From Candidatus Poseidoniaceae archaeon (GTDB lineage Archaea > Thermoplasmatota > Poseidoniia > Poseidoniales > Poseidoniaceae), in contig JBJLBB010000001.1 in assembly GCA_045568435.1 (NCBI GenBank), positions 100,305 through 164,304 of the forward strand: a DNA stretch of 64,000 nucleotides. Reading direction: 5' to 3'. Within the stretch, counting starts at the first letter, position 1; each line of letters begins with the position of its first letter. A program made the translations under genes and the position numbers. Positions 57,083-64,000 of the stretch are shown here, in pieces. The notes under the pieces were generated by a model that saw only the letters and a program-made list of their open reading frames with translations, was not told the origin of the DNA and ran no database searches.

Positions 57083-58144
57083 ATGGGGATGACAGATGAA
57101 GAAGTCGTACTTCACGATAATTTAAATTCCTTAAAGACGAATTTGAAAAAAGTAGAGACCGGAAAAATCGTCTTGATTGGCGATATAATGCTTGACTGCT
57201 ATATACATGGTTTTGCAAATAATCTAAACTCTAGAGCACCGGTTCCTGTCATTCGTGAAACTAGAAGAGAGGAAGATGTCGGCGCTGCTGCACACGTAGC
57301 AAGAGGATTGGAGTCTATGGGTTTTGAGAGCCAAATTTTTGGTGTAATCGGAGATGACAGAGCAGGATTGAGTATTCTTGAATTTCTTGAAGAAGAAGGA
57401 GTTTCTACAGATGGAATTGGCATCGTTGAAGGTCGAAAAACAACTGTTAAAACACGTCTTTTGGCAACTCGGGAAAGTTTAGTTCAAGGAGAACAACTAC
57501 TTCTTCGATGGGATGTTGAAGATGACCAAAACATTCCGGATGAAGCAATTAAGGCGATATATGAACAAGCGATTGAACAATTGAAAGATTCATTCACAGT
57601 AATACTTTCTGACTATGGCCAAGGAGTAGTTAATGATGAAGGAGTAGATAGTATAATTAAATCTGCTAAATCAAAGAATATTCCTATAATTGCAGACCCT
57701 AAACTTACTGGACTACATAGAACACATGGCGTGGATTGGATTGTTTTTCAATCTAGAGGTTTTGAACTAATGAGGAGAAGAATTGGAGAAACATCAGATG
57801 ATTCAGCAGCAAAAAATCTCATTCAGACATATGATTGGAAGCATTTAGTTGTATTATCTGGAGAAAATGGAGTCACTATCTATTCTGCTGATGAAGAGAC
57901 AGTTCATGCCCCTTGTACTTTGGGTGAATTACGCCAAATGATTGGTTTAATCGATGCAGCAGTGGTAGCGATTGCAATATCGATTTCGAATGATTTAGAT
58001 GTCAATAATACGGCAATTCTAACAAATGCTGCATGTGAATGTATACTTGGTGCAGAACAAACCGATTCCTTTGTACTTAGCCGTGAAGACTTAGTCAATA
58101 GAATTGGAGAAATCGCTTGGAATTTACAAGTTTCCAAACGCTAG
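57083..58144 (+). CDS. PfkB/RfaE (HldA-like) sugar kinase homologue with degenerate ATP motif
   Basis: IGDIMLDCY, APVPV, GAAAHVA, TTVKTR, ILSDYGQG, ADPK; GAGD replaced by GLID. Confidence 0.78.
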   Translation: MGMTDEEVVLHDNLNSLKTNLKKVETGKIVLIGDIMLDCYIHGFANNLNSRAPVPVIRETRREEDVGAAAHVARGLESMGFESQIFGVIGDDRAGLSILEFLEEEGVSTDGIGIVEGRKTTVKTRLLATRESLVQGEQLLLRWDVEDDQNIPDEAIKAIYEQAIEQLKDSFTVILSDYGQGVVNDEGVDSIIKSAKSKNIPIIADPKLTGLHRTHGVDWIVFQSRGFELMRRRIGETSDDSAAKNLIQTYDWKHLVVLSGENGVTIYSADEETVHAPCTLGELRQMIGLIDAAVVAIAISISNDLDVNNTAILTNAACECILGAEQTDSFVLSREDLVNRIGEIAWNLQVSKR

Positions 58145-58152
58145 GTGATAAT

Positions 58153-58650
58153 ATGAGCGCATGGACGCGTCCAACAACTGCAGACATAGGTTTGCGAGTT
58201 TTTTCTTCAAGTCTGGATAAATTATTTTGTGAAACAACTACAGGTATGCAAAATTTACTGATGACAACTGATTCCAAAGATAATCTAAATTCAATAATTA
58301 GGCATAGTTCACAATGGAATGTATCACTTAGAAAGAATGGTACTTCAGATTATGAGATTTTACTAATGAAATGGTTGGAAGAGGTCTTATACAGAAATGA
58401 AGTTCATGAAGAATTTTTATGTGAATTACAGATAATGATTTTTGATGATGATGAATATCTAAATTGTAATGCACAAGTTGACTGGGTTGATAGTAAGTTG
58501 GTTGAAAAAGGAGTTGAAATTAAAGCTGTCACTTCACATGAATTAATTATAGAACAATTGAAAGAAAATCAAGAACTCAGTAGCAAATGGGAAGAAGTTC
58601 CTTCATTCGTTGGGCCTGGATGGTATTGTGATATAGTATTCGACATCTAA
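58153..58650 (+). CDS. Archease
   Basis: TADIG, WLEEVLY, EIKAVTSH, C-terminal IVFDI; SD AGGTGA + 4 nt + ATG. Confidence 0.88.
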   Translation: MSAWTRPTTADIGLRVFSSSLDKLFCETTTGMQNLLMTTDSKDNLNSIIRHSSQWNVSLRKNGTSDYEILLMKWLEEVLYRNEVHEEFLCELQIMIFDDDEYLNCNAQVDWVDSKLVEKGVEIKAVTSHELIIEQLKENQELSSKWEEVPSFVGPGWYCDIVFDI

Positions 58651-58883
58651 TTATCAGTCGAATATCTCAACCTAATTCCGATCCAAAAACCAATTGTATT
58701 AACTATCAAATCTGATATTTTATTGATATTAGATTCAATAGCAAAATCATATGGAAGATATAATTCCAAGACTTCCCAGCCAACTGAAACGACTAGAAAT
58801 GCAATCCAATTAGTGGAAATAAATCTTCCAATAAAAGACCACATCAGAAAGTGACCTAGTGAATACAAATTGAGTACTGACAA
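58647..58883 (-). CDS. Small membrane protein
   Basis: TTG start after GGTGA; GHFLMW, GWEVLE, ESNINKISDL..N..GFW.G; three hydrophobic segments. Confidence 0.6.
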   Translation of the reverse strand: MSVLNLYSLGHFLMWSFIGRFISTNWIAFLVVSVGWEVLELYLPYDFAIESNINKISDLIVNTIGFWIGIRLRYSTDN

Positions 58884-58893
58884 AAAATCACCG

Positions 58894-59190
58894 AAGTGGG
58901 AGGTCCAAGGGTGGACGCTCGTTTCTCAAGGCTAAATCCATACACTTTCTCCATCCCGCTACCCCACAGCACCCATGGCCCTGAGTAGGGCTGCTCCGTT
59001 CCCGGCCTGACCTGATTCCCCAGTTATTCAATTCCCGTTTCCCTCCGGATACGGTTCATGACACCCGAGTCATGTGGGGGCGAGACATCAACGTCCGCGC
59101 ACAGGAACCAAGAGACCGCTTTCGCCGCCCCAAGGAGTTCAGTCTACCATAAAGACGATTTGTAATACAGGGTACGCCTAGCTCCCCACC
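58894..59190 (-). ncRNA. ffs: Signal recognition particle RNA (archaeal 7S)
   Basis: GC-rich, ORF-free ~297 nt; SRP54-binding helix 8 CAGGTCAGGCCGGGAACGGAGCAGCC at 59014-58989; 5' GGTGGGGAG can pair with 3' CTCCCACTT; AAATATA TATA-like box about 25-30 nt upstream. Confidence 0.9.
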
Positions 59191-59257
59191 TATCCCGCTT
59201 ACCGGTCACCACAGGTATATTTGAACGGAACGGTTGTTAAACCAAATTTAGAATTAG

Positions 59258-59635
59258 TCATTCTTCGTATTTTGAGGGGCAGGATGTCTTGATAATATCT
59301 GCTTCAAGGAAATATTCACCATCTGAAAATCTCAAAATACCTTGGGCATAAACTGTTCGGTTATCATCTAACCCATTAGAAACTGAAGCATCGATGTATT
59401 CAATGGTGATATTAGAATTGGAACCATGCAGAATAAAGACCATCGAATTATTATCTATACTTCCATCGAGTACTTCACCACGGATGGAAATCTCTTCGTC
59501 GATAAATTGTTCTGGCGATTCCATTACTTCATCAACAGTCCGTGTTGGTTCAGGTGCTTCTATAATTATAACACCAATTAATCCAATAGTAATTATTGCT
59601 CCAACGATTAAGAGTCTATTTTTACGTGAAAACAA
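59258..59635 (-). CDS. ccmE: CcmE-like cytochrome c maturation protein (CxxxY type)
   Basis: N-terminal TM, OB-fold (ISIRGEV..GS, V.AQG), C-terminal IKTSCPSKY. Confidence 0.82.
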   Translation of the reverse strand: MFSRKNRLLIVGAIITIGLIGVIIIEAPEPTRTVDEVMESPEQFIDEEISIRGEVLDGSIDNNSMVFILHGSNSNITIEYIDASVSNGLDDNRTVYAQGILRFSDGEYFLEADIIKTSCPSKYEE

Positions 59636-60772
59636 TCAATCCACTCCCTCGGTTTTGTGAGATAAACCTACTGCATCTTCAATGGAAGAGAGTCCATATT
59701 GATTCAATTTTTTATGAAGACCATTAACAATTGATTTTGTAAGTCCTGCCCCTTCAAAAACAAAACCACTGTAAGCTTGAATCAATGTTGCACCCGCAGT
59801 TATTTTCTCCCATGCATCATCTGCATTCATTATTCCGCCCACTCCAATTATAGGCCAATTTCCGTCTGTAATACGGTATATTTTTTTGATGAATTCTGTC
59901 GAGAGATTGTTTAGAGGTTTACCACTCATACCACCTTTTTGTCCAAATATTTTCTCCTCGGACTGCGAATTAGGCTCAGGGCGTGTAGTAGTGGTATTAG
60001 TTGCCACAATACCATCACAACCACTTGCAATAGCAGTTTTTACTACTAACTCGAGTTGGTCATCGTTAAGTTCAGGAGCAATTTTTACCAAAATTGGTTT
60101 AGAATCAATATTATTTTCTGCAGCCATTTTTTTGTTAACTTCTTGACATGCAGAAATTATTTTTGATAACTCCTCATCGTTTTGGAGTTCTCTTAAGTTT
60201 GGGGTATTGGGTGATGAGACATTGATCACAAAAACGTCACCATAAATCCATAATCGTTTGAAAGTTGTCGAATAATCATCAGATGATTTATCTAAAGGTG
60301 TCAATTTAGATTTGCCCAAATTAACCCAAAGAGGTACATTGGGCCTTCCAAATTTATCGAAGTGTCTTTTCAGATTTGCTGCTGTCTTTTCAGAACCAGG
60401 ATTATTGAATCCCATTCTGTTAACTAGAGACTTGGAAGAACCCGAACGGAACATTCTCGGTTTAGGATTGCCCAGTTGTTCTAATTCTGTGATACCACCA
60501 ATTTCAATAAATCCAAGACCTAAATTCTCCCAACCTCTTAGAGCCTCGGCTTTCTTATCCATACCTGCTGCTAAACCTAATGGATGAGGGTATTGAGAAC
60601 CCAAAAACTGAACTGGAAGTGATTTATTAGGGTTGTACAAAATTCTAAGAGGAAGTCTTGTCAAAGGGTTAGATGAGAGTAATTTAAGCAATTTAATGGT
60701 TCTTGAATGGGCACGCTCAGAATCTTGAAGCGCCAAAATCGGACGCCCAAAGAGCCTAAATCCTAGTCCCAT
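59636..60772 (-). CDS. pyrD: Quinone-dependent dihydroorotate dehydrogenase (class 2)
   Basis: GLAAGMDK, QLGNPKPRMFR, NRMGFNNPG, NLGKSK, INVSSPNTPNLR, LVKIAP, GGMSG. Confidence 0.95.
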   Translation of the reverse strand: MGLGFRLFGRPILALQDSERAHSRTIKLLKLLSSNPLTRLPLRILYNPNKSLPVQFLGSQYPHPLGLAAGMDKKAEALRGWENLGLGFIEIGGITELEQLGNPKPRMFRSGSSKSLVNRMGFNNPGSEKTAANLKRHFDKFGRPNVPLWVNLGKSKLTPLDKSSDDYSTTFKRLWIYGDVFVINVSSPNTPNLRELQNDEELSKIISACQEVNKKMAAENNIDSKPILVKIAPELNDDQLELVVKTAIASGCDGIVATNTTTTRPEPNSQSEEKIFGQKGGMSGKPLNNLSTEFIKKIYRITDGNWPIIGVGGIMNADDAWEKITAGATLIQAYSGFVFEGAGLTKSIVNGLHKKLNQYGLSSIEDAVGLSHKTEGVD

Positions 60773-60792
60773 GATTAACTCACATCAACGGT

Positions 60793-61263
60793 ATGCTTCA
60801 AGACTTGCGCTTGCATGGCCATGCTATGCGCATGGATAACGACCTTTGGCCTGTCGTGAGAGAATCTGCGCGAAGAGTATTGCGTTTGGAGAATATTTCA
60901 ATTAAATTGCCTCATAATTTAAAGTCAAGTTTCCAAGAATTGTGTGATGAAATATCACAACATATACCATCGAGGTTAATTTTCCCAGAAGCAGAATTCG
61001 GAGAATGGGAATCAATAGAAATTAAACTACGAGAACCTGAAAATGATTTAACAGAAGTGATAGTAGTTATTGGTATGATTGAACCAGATGAAAATATATG
61101 TTGGATAGAATACGATATTAATCAAGGCTGGAAATGGTTACTAGAATCATGCTATGACTTGCTAGAAGCTGGATACCCTGGTTGTGTAGGTTGTGGTGGT
61201 CCAAATTCGGAAGAGCCTTGGAATGAACAAGATTATCGTTCAAAAAGAAAATTACTTGATTGA
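60793..61263 (+). CDS. Hypothetical acidic protein with C-terminal CxxC
   Basis: 156 aa; GYPGCVGCGG near the C-terminus. Confidence 0.6.
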   Translation: MLQDLRLHGHAMRMDNDLWPVVRESARRVLRLENISIKLPHNLKSSFQELCDEISQHIPSRLIFPEAEFGEWESIEIKLREPENDLTEVIVVIGMIEPDENICWIEYDINQGWKWLLESCYDLLEAGYPGCVGCGGPNSEEPWNEQDYRSKRKLLD

Positions 61264-61367
61264 AAAGTTGTTAAATTATTTCGCAAGTTTTTCTACAGAT
61301 ACTAAAGTATCTGGGGTAAATTCATCTTAAGAGAGGGTTCAAGTACGCTCGGCTATCGGGGCTAACC

Positions 61368-64000
61368 ATGGCAATTATTGTGATAGCGGAGAAACCAAGT
61401 GTCGCAAATGATATTGCTAATGTTTTAGGAATCAGTAAAAAAACTGACACACACTGGGATAGTGATGAGATAAAAGTCACATGGGCAGTAGGCCATTTAT
61501 TGCAATTAAAGTATATGGATGATTATGATGCTGATTTTAAGGATTGGAGAAAAACAGTTGATAGATTACCGTATATTCCTGAAGAATTTCAATACAAGCC
61601 GATCGGTGGTAGAAATAAAAAACAATTACAAGCAATTATCAAACTAATAAAGGATAAATCAACTACCGAAGTAGTAAATGCATGTGATGCTGCTAGAGAA
61701 GGGGAATTAATTTTTAGAACCATCATGCACCACAGTAAATCGAAGAGTAAAACTACTCGAATGTGGCTTCAATCGATGACAAAAGATTCTATTCAAACCG
61801 CATGGGACGGTAGACAACCTGGCGAAAATTACTCCTCACTGATGGATGCAGCATATTCACGCTCAGAATCAGATTGGGTAATTGGAATGAATGGTTCACG
61901 TATTGCAAATTCATTCCTTCCTAAAAAGAGGAATGAGAAAACAGCGATTTCCCTTGGACGTGTTCAAACCGCTACACTTGCTATGATTGTAGATCATGAA
62001 ATTATAATTCTTTCACATGTACCTGTTCCATATTGGCAACTAAATGCATCATTCAAGTCCGGTGATTGTAATTGGGATGCAAGATGGGAAAGAAACGGTC
62101 ACAAAGATGATGATGAAAGACCAGAATATAAATCTCATAGAATTATTGAAGAAGATGAATTTAAGAGATTGAGTGAACTGTTAAACTCTAACAAAGAAGC
62201 TAAGATTTCCCAAACAGATAGGGAACATAAGGAGAAGTCGCCACTTAATTATGATTTGACTAGTTTACAACGTTCTGCAAATAATATGTGGTCTTGGTCA
62301 GCAAGACGAACATTGAGAACTGCACAAGATTTGTATGATAAATTTAAATTAACAACTTATCCAAGGACAGACTCAAAGTACCTACCTGAAAATATGGACA
62401 AGGAAGTCGACAAAATTATTCGTCAAATCGGTGCACAAGATGACTATAATACATTTAGTCAAACTTTGGTAAAGAATGGTCTTGTTAATGTAAAAAGAAA
62501 TTATAATAATGCAAAAGTAAGCGACCACTATGCAATCATTCCAACTGGGAAAATTCCTGACATGCAGATGAGTGATGATCACAAAAAACTGTATGACTTG
62601 ATTGTGAGAAATTTCATCTCGTCTTGGTATCCTGAAGCAGTATGGAATGTTGCCAAGAGAGAAGCTAAAATTGAATCTGAATCTTTTTTCAAAGAAGTTC
62701 GAACAATTAAAACTCCAGGGTGGAGAGAAGTTCAACCAAAGAAATCTGATGCGCCTGAAGGTTGGGGCAATTTATCAGGTAATCCATGTGATGGGACAAT
62801 GACTAGTCATGAATTCAAAGAAGAAAAATCAAAGCCGAAAGGAAGACTGAAAGAAGCTGGATTACTAAGATTGATGGAGCATGCAGGTCGTAAACTCGAA
62901 AGTGATGAAATGGCTGAGGCAATGAAAGAAAAAGGCTTAGGAACTCCAGCCACCAGAGCGGAAACAATAGAGAAATTGATTGATAGAGATTACATCAGAC
63001 GTGCCAAGGCAGGAACTATATCTGCAACACCGCATGGAATTAGAATTATAGATATTCTACGAAGAATACCTGTCGAATGGATTACATCTGCAGAATTAAC
63101 TGGGGAAATGGAAGCATCCCTAATCGAAGTACAGAAAGGTAATACAACCAAAAAAGAATTTATGGACAACATCATAGAGAAAACCACATCTTTAGTTGAA
63201 AAAATTCGTGACCATGATAGAGCAATTTTGTATGAAAATGAATCTTCAATAGGCCCTTGTCCAAAATGTAGTGCCGATGTTAATGAGACCGTTTTATCAT
63301 ATATTTGCTGTGAAAACAAAGGTCGTGATGAGGGATGTTCATTCGTATTTTGGAAAGACACTAGTGGTCGATGGTTTGACCGAACAACTGCATCTAGGTT
63401 AATGGAAAACAAAGAAATTGACGAACTTCATGGGTTCTTTGGCAGAAATGGTGAGCCTTATGTTAATTCTGTATCCCTTTCTGATGAAGGAAAGGTCGCA
63501 TCTAAAAATGGCGGCGAGACAAAATCTAGTGATACTGATGAGGAACTATGTGGATGTCCGGTTTGTACTCATGGTACAATAAGAATCAATTCTACTATGT
63601 ATGCATGTGACAATGAAGATTGTGGGTTTAGAGGATTATCTCATCAAATGTGTAAAAGAGATATTACCAAAGATGAGGCAAAAGAAATCTTGACTCAAGG
63701 GAAATCAACACTTCTAGAGGATTTCACTTCTAAAAAAGGTAGACCATTCAATGCATTCCTTGTGTTGGATAAAAATAGAGTGAAATTTGAATTCCCACCG
63801 CGTGAAGCAGCATCTGATGCTCGTAAATTTGAAGTCGAACCTGGAGTTGTAGCAATTTGTCCAAAGACCAAAGTTGAAATTGTGGAGACTGAAACATTTT
63901 ACCAACCAGCAACAGTTGGAACTGATTGTTCAATCCAAATTTCAAGAGAGATCTCCAAGAGAGTAATCACTAGAGATGAGGCAAAATTACTGGTTGAAAA
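61368..64000 (+). CDS. Type IA DNA topoisomerase, bacterial TopB (topo III)-like, truncated by the window end
   Basis: Not in the ORF track. Manual reading IAEKPSVA, VTWAVGHL, VVNACDAAREGELIFR, SLGRVQT, catalytic TTYPRTDS, GLGTPATRAETIEKL, then Zn-ribbon and FTSKKGRPFNAFL-type repeats. Confidence 0.92.
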   Translation, partial: MAIIVIAEKPSVANDIANVLGISKKTDTHWDSDEIKVTWAVGHLLQLKYMDDYDADFKDWRKTVDRLPYIPEEFQYKPIGGRNKKQLQAIIKLIKDKSTTEVVNACDAAREGELIFRTIMHHSKSKSKTTRMWLQSMTKDSIQTAWDGRQPGENYSSLMDAAYSRSESDWVIGMNGSRIANSFLPKKRNEKTAISLGRVQTATLAMIVDHEIIILSHVPVPYWQLNASFKSGDCNWDARWERNGHKDDDERPEYKSHRIIEEDEFKRLSELLNSNKEAKISQTDREHKEKSPLNYDLTSLQRSANNMWSWSARRTLRTAQDLYDKFKLTTYPRTDSKYLPENMDKEVDKIIRQIGAQDDYNTFSQTLVKNGLVNVKRNYNNAKVSDHYAIIPTGKIPDMQMSDDHKKLYDLIVRNFISSWYPEAVWNVAKREAKIESESFFKEVRTIKTPGWREVQPKKSDAPEGWGNLSGNPCDGTMTSHEFKEEKSKPKGRLKEAGLLRLMEHAGRKLESDEMAEAMKEKGLGTPATRAETIEKLIDRDYIRRAKAGTISATPHGIRIIDILRRIPVEWITSAELTGEMEASLIEVQKGNTTKKEFMDNIIEKTTSLVEKIRDHDRAILYENESSIGPCPKCSADVNETVLSYICCENKGRDEGCSFVFWKDTSGRWFDRTTASRLMENKEIDELHGFFGRNGEPYVNSVSLSDEGKVASKNGGETKSSDTDEELCGCPVCTHGTIRINSTMYACDNEDCGFRGLSHQMCKRDITKDEAKEILTQGKSTLLEDFTSKKGRPFNAFLVLDKNRVKFEFPPREAASDARKFEVEPGVVAICPKTKVEIVETETFYQPATVGTDCSIQISREISKRVITRDEAKLLVE

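Noticed and set aside
58894-59190. RNase P RNA
   Set aside because: No P4 signatures (GAGGAAAGUCC, AACAGAA) were found, whereas the SRP helix 8 motif is clear.
691-63945. Numerous short ORFs antisense to or overlapping real genes (e.g. 16954-17703, 43912-44472, 38944-39531, 62382-62735)
   Set aside because: They are shadow frames of well-supported genes, with Ser/Ile/Phe-rich composition and no motifs or SD.

Overview
Gene-dense, AT-rich archaeal chromosome segment. Gene content (PAN, aMBF1, Tsr3, Kae1, S17e/S19e/L31e/L39e, EndA, archease, 7S SRP RNA), many bacterial-type metabolic genes and large acidic surface proteins point to Marine Group II Thermoplasmatota (Poseidoniales); this assignment is an inference. 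Main blocks: metG; a dispersed THF-dependent histidine utilisation set (ftcD plus cyclodeaminase, hutU, hutH, hutI); fdhD-ydeP-MFS; tRNA-Val(GAC); mcm/mce; a NatAB-like ABC transporter; lysine 6-aminotransferase; an RHH-folE-queE-queC::msrB-queD preQ0 operon; a ribosomal protein operon; TPR, TrmB-V4R, iscA-ygfZ, mdh and pntAB; a reeler-like protein-tatC-M6 protease block; endA, archease, SRP RNA, ccmE, pyrD and a bacterial-type topoisomerase III cut by the window end. No CRISPR array, integrase or transposase was seen. Top observations: (1) three unrelated genes (fdhD, hutH, queE) have conserved N-termini with no ATG/GTG/TTG and share the context SD + 4 nt + ATT-ACN, suggesting recurrent AUU initiation; (2) a QueC lacking its Zn ligands is fused in frame to a complete MsrB, in an operon led by an RHH protein with a palindromic operator array; (3) a symmetric 11-6-11 dif-like site lies at 19155-19182. 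All calls rest on motif recognition by eye; no searches were run.
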